Source of the DNA: a virus
Lineage: Duplodnaviria > Caudoviricetes
Length of the DNA stretch: 64,000 nt
Direction: 5' to 3' (one strand)
Virus record (IMG/VR): IMGVR_UViG_3300042567_001420
Shown here: piece by piece, positions 48,602-58,689 of the stretch
How positions within the stretch are numbered: position 1 is the stretch's first letter
Layout: each line of letters begins with the position of its first letter
Translations under genes and position numbers: made by a program
The notes under the pieces: generated by a model
What the model was told of the DNA's origin: nothing
Seen by the model: only the letters and a program-made list of their open reading frames with translations
The model's database searches: none

Positions 48602-50668
48602 TTATCCATAATTTACAAACGAATTGCGAGCCCCAGGAGCATTGGCACTGTGATTTACCAGTGTACCTATAGGCATTGCAGATTTTGATCCGTTGCTAGC
48701 TGCCGCAACGTGTATCCAAGCAACTATTTTTCCATTTGGTTTTTTAGCATATTCTAGCAATACTTGTTTATATGGAGTATTTGCCTCAATCCATTTTGCA
48801 ATATCATAATAATCATCGTTTGACCTGCCTGTAAATTGTATATCTACTGCCTGTCCTTTATCATGATCCGATCCTTCATTTTTACTTCTAAACCCGCTGG
48901 TTATAATCATATCAGGATATTGTTCTTTTATTTTATCTAATACGTTTACGGATAAGTGTTTTAGATTTCCTACAATCTGAGCAGAGGTTAGTCCACCTTG
49001 ATCCCTGACTGCGTACGATGAAGCAGCGGCTCTGGTTGAAAGATCTCCTAATGTAAAATATTTTGATAACTTCATAGAATCTGGGAAAGTCTTCAATCCT
49101 GCAAATTCTGATACATCTACCGGTGTTGGTTGAACGCCTCCGGTTATCGATGAAGATTTTTCTGTATTAGTATCTCTAGATAATGTTGTTAGATCTTCTA
49201 CGTTTGTAGTAATTTCATTATTTTTAATCCTTGCTGCAGTATAAGTTTCTGCGCTTTTATCTAAAGAATCTCCTAAGAATATACTTTCCGGGCTATCGGG
49301 TCTTACAGAATCTTTAATAATTACAGGTGTAGGTGATTTAACTTCAGGAGGTGTTGGCACAGGAAGCGTAGTAGTGGATACTTGTATGGACCCCATTTTT
49401 GTTTTTACGGTTGCCGCATCTAATAACAATTCTAATCCGCCCTTTACACTTGCGGTTGTGCCTGCTTGCAATGCAACTTCTTTTGCAGCTTTTGCAGCAA
49501 ATGCGCCGGTTTTTGCATTTAGTGTGATACTACTACCTTGTATGTTAACAGGCCCGTCACTTGTAATTTGTACACTAGATTTGCCGGATACTTTAATATC
49601 ATCTCCAACTATTTGAACTGTTTGCGCCGCTTGCACTAAAGCAGATCTATGTGTTAAAATACTGGCTTCGCCGTCTACTTCAATGTCTGCATCATTTTGT
49701 ACGAGTATTTTTGTAGTGCCACCTACTGTTAAATTATATGCACCTTTAACATATACATAACCATTTTTATCAGTTAATTCATAACTATCACCTACAGTCT
49801 TTTTAACAGATGAACCATTTACATCTATTTCAATATAGGATCCTTTTTTATGATATATGTGAATTCTTTCAGCATTTGGACTAGAATCTAATTCAATGAC
49901 ATGCCCTGCTTCAGTTTCAATAACTTGGTTGTACGGATACAAGGCGTTATATGCCGATTCCGGTTCATCCCATGTTCCCGTTGATTGCGCTTTGGATATA
50001 CTTGTTTTTCTATTTTTAGTTTTTAACGCAAAATACTTATGTGATTTATCCTCTGCTGCTAATTTATTAGTGTCGGGTTTTTCTGAATACTCGATCTTAG
50101 GATACACTCCATTTGGATCTTTGAATGCTTTGGCCTTTACATCCGATGGATTGTTTAAAGGACCTGAAGATTTAGCTTTTGGATTATTTGGATGATTTAA
50201 AAATGATGAATTTTGATCATAATTAGAATCTGCAACATCTGTTCCAGTTTGTATTGGGTTACCTGAAATATCGGTTACTGGATTGCCTGAAGAAGTTGTT
50301 AATAAATTGTTCGCAGCTAATTGATCTTGCGCAATTTTCTTATCAGCGTTTGGATGTTTTTCATTTTTGCCTGCAAGAGTACCCATCATTACAGGCTGTT
50401 GTCCTTCTTCATTATCTAAGAACCAACCAAATACCCAAGTGCCTTCAACTGGGCCAACAGGTGCAATACCGATACCAGATGTAGCGGCAGATGTTATTGG
50501 CTGCATGGGAATAGCCCATGGCAAATCTGCTTTAGGCAACACGGTCAAATCATCTATATGATATCCAAATATTCTTACTTTACATCTACCTAATTTTTCG
50601 GGATCTTGTCTATCTTCAACTACCCCTACCCACCAGGTAAAATTTTGTCCGCCATACAGGTTATTCAT
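48602..50668 (-). CDS. gp5: baseplate hub spike protein with C-terminal M15 peptidase domain
   Basis: OB fold GVVEDRQDPEKLGRCKVRIFGYH; YPYNQVIETEAGH beta-helix; C-terminal LSKYFTL...ITSGFR...SDH..GQAVDI...WIHV. Confidence 0.9.
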   Translation of the reverse strand: MNNLYGGQNFTWWVGVVEDRQDPEKLGRCKVRIFGYHIDDLTVLPKADLPWAIPMQPITSAATSGIGIAPVGPVEGTWVFGWFLDNEEGQQPVMMGTLAGKNEKHPNADKKIAQDQLAANNLLTTSSGNPVTDISGNPIQTGTDVADSNYDQNSSFLNHPNNPKAKSSGPLNNPSDVKAKAFKDPNGVYPKIEYSEKPDTNKLAAEDKSHKYFALKTKNRKTSISKAQSTGTWDEPESAYNALYPYNQVIETEAGHVIELDSSPNAERIHIYHKKGSYIEIDVNGSSVKKTVGDSYELTDKNGYVYVKGAYNLTVGGTTKILVQNDADIEVDGEASILTHRSALVQAAQTVQIVGDDIKVSGKSSVQITSDGPVNIQGSSITLNAKTGAFAAKAAKEVALQAGTTASVKGGLELLLDAATVKTKMGSIQVSTTTLPVPTPPEVKSPTPVIIKDSVRPDSPESIFLGDSLDKSAETYTAARIKNNEITTNVEDLTTLSRDTNTEKSSSITGGVQPTPVDVSEFAGLKTFPDSMKLSKYFTLGDLSTRAAASSYAVRDQGGLTSAQIVGNLKHLSVNVLDKIKEQYPDMIITSGFRSKNEGSDHDKGQAVDIQFTGRSNDDYYDIAKWIEANTPYKQVLLEYAKKPNGKIVAWIHVAAASNGSKSAMPIGTLVNHSANAPGARNSFVNYG

Positions 50669-50677
50669 AATTATCTT

Positions 50678-52015
50678 TCAAAACGCAGTAGTTGATACAT
50701 TTGTGGCATCTATTAAAGTTGCGGCAGCAGGATCAAACGAATCTTTTATTATTTCCATAGATATACTATGAGTTAATATATTAATTTTGTGGTTGATTGC
50801 AGTTATTAAATATCTTCCAGAATACTTAGGATCAATTTTATCTTTGGCAATATCAGCTTCGCTAGGAGGATCCATATCAGGAAATTTTACATTCATAAAT
50901 TGCCCAGCTTCTATATCTGTTCGGCCATGTATTATTATGTTTAATTTTAAATTGCTCAACTCTTTTATATTTGATAATCTATTGCCATAAATTTCACCCA
51001 TGCGTTCATTATAATTCTTTTTAACTCCGGTGTGCAGATTAGGATATTTAGGATAAACACGCACATGAGAATTTACATTTCGGGTAATCGCATTCGTTGA
51101 AAATAAAGGAGAAGGATTATATTGTGTCGAGTGTTTATATTTTGAGTATTGCTCAACGTGATCGTATTCTGTAACTTCTTGTTTTTTATTGTATAAATTT
51201 AATGAAATTAATTTACTTGCAAAATACCCAGAATCTAATCCTACAACATAGTCAAGTCCATTTTGTACAGATAACTCTGTGATTAAAGTCATCTTTTCTT
51301 CTATATCGTCAGTGCCAACAGATACACCGGTTGCTGCATATCTGTAATCACCTATAGAATTTCCATTTTGAAATAAAGTTTCTAAACTACCAAAATAGAA
51401 TGATTTAGTTGATTCCCAGAATAAAAAATTGCAGGCTTTTCCGTCGCTGGGAATAGTTTTCTTTGCTAACCAATTTATACATTTAAAGGGACTCCACCCA
51501 TTACTTAGAAATTTCACATTGTTATCTGCACCGGTAAAAACAATTAAGTCTTTACCCATTTTTAAATTATTGTTAAATAAATCTTGTACTATTTTTGTTA
51601 TATTTCCTTTAAATGGGGAATATAACATTGAATATGAATCTACAATTGCCTCAGGAGAAATTAACTTTAGTTTATAAATTTGAGTATTTTGATCTCTTGC
51701 CAAGACTCTATCTTCAACTGTAAAAACTCTAAATATTTTTTCAATTTTATATTTGTTATCATTATTAAATCCAGGTGTTTTTAAACGCACGCTTAAATAT
51801 TCTTCTCCGGTAATTGGAAAATGTCTTATTAAATTTGCACTATCTGATAATATTATTTCTCCGCTTATAACATTACTAAATATGCTTTCATATAAATTTA
51901 ATTCTATAAGATAATCTATTAGAGAGATAGATTTTCCGTTAGTAGATATCAGAGATAATTCTTCGATTGATACTTCGCCTGGGGTTTGTAACCCATCTTG
52001 AACCGTGTTACTCAT
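50678..52015 (-). CDS. baseplate hub protein (gp27-like)
   Basis: Lies between gp53 and gp5; YESIF..SG, FLFWES, YSGRYLITAINH. Confidence 0.65.
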   Translation of the reverse strand: MSNTVQDGLQTPGEVSIEELSLISTNGKSISLIDYLIELNLYESIFSNVISGEIILSDSANLIRHFPITGEEYLSVRLKTPGFNNDNKYKIEKIFRVFTVEDRVLARDQNTQIYKLKLISPEAIVDSYSMLYSPFKGNITKIVQDLFNNNLKMGKDLIVFTGADNNVKFLSNGWSPFKCINWLAKKTIPSDGKACNFLFWESTKSFYFGSLETLFQNGNSIGDYRYAATGVSVGTDDIEEKMTLITELSVQNGLDYVVGLDSGYFASKLISLNLYNKKQEVTEYDHVEQYSKYKHSTQYNPSPLFSTNAITRNVNSHVRVYPKYPNLHTGVKKNYNERMGEIYGNRLSNIKELSNLKLNIIIHGRTDIEAGQFMNVKFPDMDPPSEADIAKDKIDPKYSGRYLITAINHKINILTHSISMEIIKDSFDPAAATLIDATNVSTTAF

Positions 52016-52605
52016 TCTTTTATGATCTTATTAAAATCGGAATCTATTCCCGATACTAATTCGGGTTTTAAAATACTAATACGCCTTCTTTTTTCATTTA
52101 GTGAATCCTCATACATAAAGTTTGTAATTGGAAATAAATTATTTGTAGGAGCATTCTGAGATACTATTGGAGAAGAAAATGTTCCGGAACTTTGCACAAC
52201 TAAAGAAATGGGATTATTAAATGTCGATCCGGGTTGTAACATTCTATAACCATTGATAATATATTCCGCTTGATTAGCATAATGATGTATATGATATACT
52301 TGATTCTTACCATATTTACCACTGCAATATTCGTTCAACATATTGAAATCCATGGGCCAATCAAATCTAGGATCAATAATGTCATTTGCCATTAATATAA
52401 TCCAATGAAAAGTTGAGTCACCATAAAATTTATCTGCTAAAATTTCAGGAGTTTCTCCGTCACGAATATCATACTTATCAAAAAACGCATCATTGTTTTT
52501 TAACTGATCTGAGAATTTTACTCGTCGTAAAATATCAGGCACAAGTTGATATGTACTTGTGTTATCAAGCGTATACGCAAGTAGAGGAAATTTACTAAAA
52601 AACAT
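52012..52605 (-). CDS. gp53: baseplate wedge subunit
   Basis: FFSKFP, GETPEILADKFYGD, HWIILMAN, NEKRRRI. Confidence 0.93.
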   Translation of the reverse strand: MFFSKFPLLAYTLDNTSTYQLVPDILRRVKFSDQLKNNDAFFDKYDIRDGETPEILADKFYGDSTFHWIILMANDIIDPRFDWPMDFNMLNEYCSGKYGKNQVYHIHHYANQAEYIINGYRMLQPGSTFNNPISLVVQSSGTFSSPIVSQNAPTNNLFPITNFMYEDSLNEKRRRISILKPELVSGIDSDFNKIIKE

Positions 52606-53706
52606 TTAATATCCTTGTCGAATAGAATCTTTAGTTAACAATTCTAATTCTCTAAAACTTAATGTGATGTTAATTTCTGTAGGTGACCCATCTGAAAATG
52701 CTGCAAATTGTTCGCCGCCGTAATCTACAGACATATCAGTTAAAGCACATTGAGAAATTCTATTAAAGTATGGGTTTTCTTTATTTTTATAATAATAAAC
52801 AATCTCAAACTCCGAAGGGTAAATGTAAAAATATCCTCCCTTAGATAATTCAGGGTGCATATGTTCTTTAAATGTTTGAATAATGTTGTATACTGCTTGA
52901 GACTCTGTTCTGTCTTTCGGCATAAATCTATATCTAAAATTAAATTGTCTATAATCAACACCTTCAAAAAATACCTCTCTAAACGGATTTGTTCTAACCT
53001 TTGCACTTAATTGCGCAATATCTCCCAAACCTGCTGACCCAAACCCCGGCAACATTGATGGGATTTTAGCTAACTGTAATGCAAATGCTGATCCAAGTTC
53101 TCCGCCACTATTTTTAAAAGATTCGGTTATTGATGAATTATCGGTTAAAAATCCTCCCAATATACCCATATCTTTGTCTTGATAATTTATGCCATATTTT
53201 ACACTAGGTCTTTCTTCAAGATGTAATGTTATAACATCTTTTAATCTTGATTTATTATCAGGCCTTAATGTATCACCCAATGTAGCTGCAGCTACAACCG
53301 CCCCAGCGGTTCCTGCTGTTACCAGAGCAGTTTTTATACCTACCGCGCCTGCTCTACTAGGATCATCTATTGCTGTTTGTAATGCTGCAGCAACGCCTGT
53401 TGCCGCAGATAAGGCTCCTATTTTAGTAACAGTTCCTGTACCGGAGGCTGTTAAATCATAATTATCTGATCTTCTATTTCTTACATTAACATCGGCTTTT
53501 TGATAAGATTCAAAAAATTTAGATTTACCTCGAATATTAACAAAGAATGCTACGTAGTGTTGTAAATCCGGAGATTTGCCCACACCGCTAGGATATGTAT
53601 ACTGGTTAACATTATACTTGTTAGATTCTGGGAAACTAAAGGGAGCGTCGTATTTCTTAGCTCTATTTTCCGTATATTCTCGTATGTCTTTTGGGATATC
53701 TGCCAT
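52606..53706 (-). CDS. gp48: baseplate tail tube cap
   Basis: NPFREVFFEGVDYRQFNF, CALTDMSVDY, LSFRELELLTK. Confidence 0.9.
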   Translation of the reverse strand: MADIPKDIREYTENRAKKYDAPFSFPESNKYNVNQYTYPSGVGKSPDLQHYVAFFVNIRGKSKFFESYQKADVNVRNRRSDNYDLTASGTGTVTKIGALSAATGVAAALQTAIDDPSRAGAVGIKTALVTAGTAGAVVAAATLGDTLRPDNKSRLKDVITLHLEERPSVKYGINYQDKDMGILGGFLTDNSSITESFKNSGGELGSAFALQLAKIPSMLPGFGSAGLGDIAQLSAKVRTNPFREVFFEGVDYRQFNFRYRFMPKDRTESQAVYNIIQTFKEHMHPELSKGGYFYIYPSEFEIVYYYKNKENPYFNRISQCALTDMSVDYGGEQFAAFSDGSPTEINITLSFRELELLTKDSIRQGY

Positions 53707-53714
53707 ATTTTGCC

Positions 53715-53744
53715 TATAAATATTATAGTTATTAATTATTTATA
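53715..53744. promoter_or_regulatory. opposed pair of T4 late promoters
   Basis: TATAAATA on + at 53715-53722 (gp4 operon) and on - at 53737-53744 (gp48 operon). Confidence 0.8.
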
Positions 53745-53750
53745 TGAGTT

Positions 53751-54200
53751 ATGTACACCAAAACCTACAAAGGCCGATTTAGGGTATTGAATCCTGCAAA
53801 ATATAAAGGCGACATTACTACGGTAATCTATAGGTCTCTATGGGAACTTAGATTTATGAAATGGTGCGATCAGAGCCCCTCAATTATAGAATGGGGATCT
53901 GAGACCGTTATAATACCCTACGTGTCCCCGGTTGATAAAAAGGTGCACAGATATTTTGTAGATTTTTATATAAAAGTTAAATCTAAGAACAATACGACTG
54001 AGAAGTTCCTCATAGAAATAAAACCCGAAAAATTTACTAAACCGCCAGAAATCCCTAAAAAGAAAACAAAACGGTTTATTGACGAAGTTTTCCAGTACGG
54101 CGTAAATGAAGCTAAATGGAAAGCAGCTTTTGAATTTTGTACTGATCGAAATATGAAATTTATAGTATTAACCGAAAAAGATTTAGGATTATCCAAGTAA
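53751..54200 (+). CDS. gp4: head completion nuclease
   Basis: YKG, YRSLWE, WGSE, HRYFVDF, EIKP, NEAKW. Confidence 0.92.
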   Translation: MYTKTYKGRFRVLNPAKYKGDITTVIYRSLWELRFMKWCDQSPSIIEWGSETVIIPYVSPVDKKVHRYFVDFYIKVKSKNNTTEKFLIEIKPEKFTKPPEIPKKKTKRFIDEVFQYGVNEAKWKAAFEFCTDRNMKFIVLTEKDLGLSK

Positions 54201-54760
54201 TGGCCACCAACGCGTTTGAAACAATTAGGCTAAATGCCGCCGGAGAAGAAAAGTCATACCAATGGTATAGGCAGCAAATTGCATCTTTGGGCAAACTAAC
54301 AAATACTAATCAGATATTAAGAGATACAAAAATTGCTACTAGACTTATTCCTGGCGAAATGTACTTGTTTTATTATGACCCTAAGTACAAAGATACTTTG
54401 CCTTACTATGATAGATTGCCGCTAGTATTACCTTTTAGAAAAGTACCAGATGGCTTTTATGGAATAAACCTACATTATTTACCATATATGATGAGATTCA
54501 GAATATTAGGGCTTTTATCAGACTACTCCACGGGTAAAGATGAAGATACTAGAATTCAATTATCTTGGAGACTATTAAATGCCTCTTCAAGATTACATCC
54601 GGCAAAATTCGCAGTAAAACACTATTTAAATTCACACGTCAAATCTCGTCTTTATAAAATACCCTATACCGATTGGGTAACTGCTTCTCAATTACCTGTT
54701 GAAAAATTTGTCGGTGCACAGAAAACTAAAGTCTGGCAAGACTTTAACAGAACACTATAA
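54200..54760 (+). CDS. gp2: DNA end protector protein
   Basis: YDPKYKDTLPYYDRLPLV, GINLHYLP, VKHYL. Confidence 0.92.
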   Translation: MATNAFETIRLNAAGEEKSYQWYRQQIASLGKLTNTNQILRDTKIATRLIPGEMYLFYYDPKYKDTLPYYDRLPLVLPFRKVPDGFYGINLHYLPYMMRFRILGLLSDYSTGKDEDTRIQLSWRLLNASSRLHPAKFAVKHYLNSHVKSRLYKIPYTDWVTASQLPVEKFVGAQKTKVWQDFNRTL

Positions 54761-54768
54761 AGGACATA

Positions 54769-55392
54769 ATGTCAAACTTTAGTATATCAAATTTTATTTC
54801 GGAAGTAAATATTAGAGGTTTAGCTAGACCCAATAGATTTGAAGTATTTATTCTCCCGCCTTCCGGATTGGGGGCTTTCACTGGTAGCGGAAGACTTGTT
54901 AGTTTATTGTGCGAGTCTGCTAGTTTACCTGCAATGAGCGTATCTACAAAGCCTTTTAGAATCTACGGAGCAAGTTATCAAAGACCAGTATCTTCAGAAT
55001 TTAATGGAGATGGAATAACTTTATCTTTCTATATAGATAACAAAATGGAAGTTAAATCTTTCTTTGACGCTTGGATGTTCAAAGTTGTCAATCCAAATTC
55101 TTTTAATGTTAGCTATCAGCAGGAATATGTGTCGCAAATTAAAATAGCGCAATTAGATGAACAGAATAATGAAAGTTATTCAGTATATCTAGAAGATGCA
55201 TTTCCCAGAGCAGTTAATATGTTAGATTTAAATATGGGGTCGACAAATCAAGTACACAAATTAAATGTTACATTTGCGTACAGAAGATGGTTTCCCGAAA
55301 GCGAATTATTAAACAGAATAAATTTTAACCCCAACTTATCTGATTTTGCAGCTGGGGCAGCATCCGGGGCAGTACTCGGACAATCTTTTTAA
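54769..55392 (+). CDS. gp54: baseplate-tail tube initiator (gp54/gp19-like)
   Basis: GLARPNRFEV, LCESASLP, LEDAFP, VTFAYRRW. Confidence 0.75.
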   Translation: MSNFSISNFISEVNIRGLARPNRFEVFILPPSGLGAFTGSGRLVSLLCESASLPAMSVSTKPFRIYGASYQRPVSSEFNGDGITLSFYIDNKMEVKSFFDAWMFKVVNPNSFNVSYQQEYVSQIKIAQLDEQNNESYSVYLEDAFPRAVNMLDLNMGSTNQVHKLNVTFAYRRWFPESELLNRINFNPNLSDFAAGAASGAVLGQSF

Positions 55393-55406
55393 CATAGGAA
55401 ATTATT

Positions 55407-56102
55407 ATGCCTTTACCAATATTAGAAACGCCAAACTATGAATTGATGTTACCATCAACCGGCAAAAAAATTAAATATAGACCATTTCTAGTTAAAGAAT
55501 ATAAAATTCTATTAACAACAATGGAAGCAGAAAGCAAAGAGATATCTAGAATAGTTACAGAACTTGTAGATAATTGTACATTTAAAAAATTAGATATTGA
55601 TAAATTAGCAAGCTTTGATATAGAATATTTATTCTTAAACATACGAGCAAGGTCTATAAGCGAAACTACTGATATCATTATTAATTGTGACTGCGGAGAA
55701 AAAATAGACTACAGTATGGATTTAACAAAGATTGAAGTCGATAAGCCAACTGGTATAGAAAACAAAATTATGTTGACTGATGATATCGGGGTCGTTATGC
55801 GATATCCTAGATTTGACGAAATATTAGATATATACGAAAACTCAAATTCCGATAAAATTTTATCATTAGTTGGAAATTGTATAGATGCCGTTTATACGAA
55901 GACGGAATACTTTGATAAGGATACTTATTCTGAAAAAGAATTAGATGATTTTGTTAGTTCTTTCTCAAAGAATCAATTTGACCTATTGGAAAAATTCTTT
56001 GAGAAATTGCCAAGAATTGTGCATCATATTGAAGCCGATTGCCCGGCATGTGGTAAGAAAAATACAGTGGATTTAGAGGGCCTGCAAAATTTTTTCGTCT
56101 AA
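55407..56102 (+). CDS. gp26: baseplate hub assembly protein
   Basis: MPLP, IKYRPFLVKEYKILL, DIEYLFLNIRARS, CDC and CPAC, LEGLQNFF. Confidence 0.9.
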   Translation: MPLPILETPNYELMLPSTGKKIKYRPFLVKEYKILLTTMEAESKEISRIVTELVDNCTFKKLDIDKLASFDIEYLFLNIRARSISETTDIIINCDCGEKIDYSMDLTKIEVDKPTGIENKIMLTDDIGVVMRYPRFDEILDIYENSNSDKILSLVGNCIDAVYTKTEYFDKDTYSEKELDDFVSSFSKNQFDLLEKFFEKLPRIVHHIEADCPACGKKNTVDLEGLQNFFV

Positions 56103-56284
56103 CTCTTTCTCATGATAGTTTAGTGAATTATTATCAATTGAATTTCTCGTTAATGCAGCACCATAAATACTCATTAACAGAAATTGAAAATATGATTCCA
56201 TGGGAAAGAGAAATTTATGTGTCTATGTTGATTAATTATATTGGTGAGGAAAATCGTAAAATACAAACTAAGAAACAGGGGTAA
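56102..56284 (+). CDS. gp51: gp51-like baseplate hub assembly peptide, probably reached by -1 frameshift from gp26
   Basis: Not in the ORF track. -1 frame reads TLSHDSLVNYYQLNFSLMQHHKYSLTEIENMIPWEREIY...; first ATG only at 56153. Confidence 0.8.
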   Translation, partial: TLSHDSLVNYYQLNFSLMQHHKYSLTEIENMIPWEREIYVSMLINYIGEENRKIQTKKQG

Positions 56285-56289
56285 TTAAT

Positions 56290-56847
56290 ATGTTAGGTAA
56301 TAATAAAACTGAAGAAGTTATAGAAGAAAAGAAAAAACCAGATGAAGACTGGATGACAAAAAAATGGCGTCCTATGATGGCAATGATGTATATGTCTTGC
56401 TGTTTGTTTGATTTTGCTCTATTTCCAATCATGTTCACAATTGTGCAGTTCTGGGAAGTCCAAGCTGCTAATGACGCATTTAGACAATGGGTACCTATTA
56501 CCCTACAAGGTGGTGGATTATTTCACGTAGCGATGGGTGCGGTATTGGGTGTTTCTGCGTATGGTAGAACACAGGAAAAAGTTGCAGGCGCATCAAATGT
56601 CTCAACCAGCTTTTCATCAGGTGGGGTACCAACGCCTAACCTATCTTCGGCAGTACCGTCATTCTCTGGCGGAGGATTTAACTCCCAAACACAATCAACC
56701 GGCTTTGGACCTCAGACTCAATCATTCGGATCTTCTCAGTCATTTAATACTACAGAAACAACAACTGAATTTAGCATGAGTCCCGCTTCGGTCGATAATA
56801 GTTTTGGAAACGCACCGTCCAAACCAATAGTTAGAAGACCTGTATAA
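56290..56847 (+). CDS. 3TM holin-like membrane protein with low-complexity tail
   Basis: WMTKKWRP...hydrophobic helices...LGVSAYGRTQEK resembles the GTA-type 3TM holin family. Confidence 0.65.
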   Translation: MLGNNKTEEVIEEKKKPDEDWMTKKWRPMMAMMYMSCCLFDFALFPIMFTIVQFWEVQAANDAFRQWVPITLQGGGLFHVAMGAVLGVSAYGRTQEKVAGASNVSTSFSSGGVPTPNLSSAVPSFSGGGFNSQTQSTGFGPQTQSFGSSQSFNTTETTTEFSMSPASVDNSFGNAPSKPIVRRPV

Positions 56848-58394
56848 TGGCAACTAAACAACCAGTTAATTCTTCGGGTATTATGACTTCATTAATGCAG
56901 TCCTTTACCGCAACAGCTAAAGATAAAGATATTGAAGCATTAAAAAAATCAATAGATAATTTATCTAAGATTTTAGAACGACGAGTAGGTAAAGTTAAAA
57001 AATCTTCTGAGTCTGCCGAGGATAAGGAAGATAAACAAAGAACACTGGTTGGTGATATTAAAGATTTTGGTAAAGGATTTATAACCCCATTTGCCGAAAC
57101 AAAAAAATACATATTAGGGGGTAAGAATACAATGCCACCTAATATGAATTTAAAACCGGCAGAAGGTGAAGAAAAATCTGAAAATAAAGTATTAACATTA
57201 TCGCAATTTAAAAATGAATTGCTAAAGATGAAAAATACAGAATTGGAAAAGAATATACTTGCGGAAGTGGTTGTAATACGAAAAATTGTTGCGCAAAAAG
57301 CTGGCTATGGTGATAATAAAAGTACAATACCTGCATTATCGGGTTCAGGGTTAGAACCTAACACCGAAGAAGATAAACAAAGAGATAGAGAACTTTTGGC
57401 AGAAGCAATTGCAAAAAAATTAAAGGGTTTAGCAGACAATAATAAAGGTGGTGGGATAATTTCTAGTATACTTGAAGCCCTAGGATTAAAAGGATTGTTA
57501 GATGGCGGCCCAGGCAAAGGCAGAGGCAAAGGCAGAGGCAAAGGTGGCAAAGTGCCACCGGCAGGCGGAAAAGTTCCAGGAAAAATGGGGTTGGGTGGAA
57601 GATTATTAGGTCCGGCTAGTCTTGCATTGGGTGCGTATGAAGCAAGTGAATTTTTAGGTGAAACTGAGTATGGCAACAATATGTCAAAAGGTGCAGGCAA
57701 GGCTGCAGAGACGGCATTTAGAGAAAATGTTGCCCCCACTATCGATCCTGTTAAAACGGGCATGACTCCTGAACAAGCAAGAAATGCTTTAGGGGGAAGC
57801 AATCGAGATATAGAAAAATTAGGTGGAAGAGAAGCTCTATTAAAAATAGCTAATACTGATTTTGAAAGTTCCAGTTCTTCTAAAGATTTAAAAGAACAAA
57901 TTAGAATAAAAGAACAAAGTCTTAAGACATCTGGGCCGATGCTTAATGCAGAATATAGAGATAAGTTGCAAACAGATATAGACACGTTGAACAAACGTAT
58001 TCCTACTGCAGATATGCCAGACCAAATGGCGGCAGAGACCGCAAGATTAAATCGTTATTCCAATATTGAAACAAAACAATCATCTGCAACTGCAGAAAAT
58101 GTTGTGCCAAAACAAGATCAATCGTTAGAATCAACTCTTGCCAATAGTTTTAAAAATGAAACTCTTAAACAATTAAAAGCTGCTACAACCGGCGACCAAA
58201 AAATAGATTTATTAAACCAATTAGAAAATGTAAATATGGATCTAAAAGATTCTATGGGATCTATGTCGCAAATACTTGCACCTATGATATCGAATAGAAC
58301 TGTAGATAACAGTACCCAACAATTTGTAACATCTCCTCCAAGACCATATCCAAATTCAAACGGAGTTGATCGTTGGCAAGATAAGCGGTACTAA
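56847..58394 (+). CDS. putative tape measure/baseplate hub protein (gp29-like)
   Basis: 515 aa, helical and charged with a Gly-rich central segment; follows gp54-gp26-gp51. Confidence 0.5.
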   Translation: MATKQPVNSSGIMTSLMQSFTATAKDKDIEALKKSIDNLSKILERRVGKVKKSSESAEDKEDKQRTLVGDIKDFGKGFITPFAETKKYILGGKNTMPPNMNLKPAEGEEKSENKVLTLSQFKNELLKMKNTELEKNILAEVVVIRKIVAQKAGYGDNKSTIPALSGSGLEPNTEEDKQRDRELLAEAIAKKLKGLADNNKGGGIISSILEALGLKGLLDGGPGKGRGKGRGKGGKVPPAGGKVPGKMGLGGRLLGPASLALGAYEASEFLGETEYGNNMSKGAGKAAETAFRENVAPTIDPVKTGMTPEQARNALGGSNRDIEKLGGREALLKIANTDFESSSSSKDLKEQIRIKEQSLKTSGPMLNAEYRDKLQTDIDTLNKRIPTADMPDQMAAETARLNRYSNIETKQSSATAENVVPKQDQSLESTLANSFKNETLKQLKAATTGDQKIDLLNQLENVNMDLKDSMGSMSQILAPMISNRTVDNSTQQFVTSPPRPYPNSNGVDRWQDKRY

Positions 58395-58411
58395 CCTACA
58401 TATGCTGCCAC

Positions 58412-58445
58412 AAAAAAGCCCAGAATTAACTGGGCTTTTCTTTTT
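58412..58445. terminator. bidirectional rho-independent terminator
   Basis: AAAAAAGCCCAG-aattaa-CTGGGCTTTTCTTTTT between convergent genes. Confidence 0.88.
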
Positions 58446-58689
58446 ACTTCTTAGCTTTTTCGGCAGCTAACTCTTCAGGTCGTTTAACAGTTGGCTTTGG
58501 AAGTTTCTCTTCTTTGGCCGCCCCTTCCTTTTTCTCTATTTTAATAACACCCGGTGTTGCTGTAGGTGTCGGTGCTGCAGGCTTTGCCTTTACAGCCTTT
58601 GCTGGCTCTTTTTTCTTTTCTGCAGGCTCTGCTGCAAAACCTGAATGAGCCATAGCCATTGCGGCTAGAAATACAATAAGGGATTTCAT
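58444..58689 (-). CDS. small secreted Lys/Ala/Pro-rich protein
   Basis: Signal peptide MKSLIVFLAAMAMAHSGFA; GGAG RBS; start moved to 58689. Confidence 0.7.
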   Translation of the reverse strand: MKSLIVFLAAMAMAHSGFAAEPAEKKKEPAKAVKAKPAAPTPTATPGVIKIEKKEGAAKEEKLPKPTVKRPEELAAEKAKK

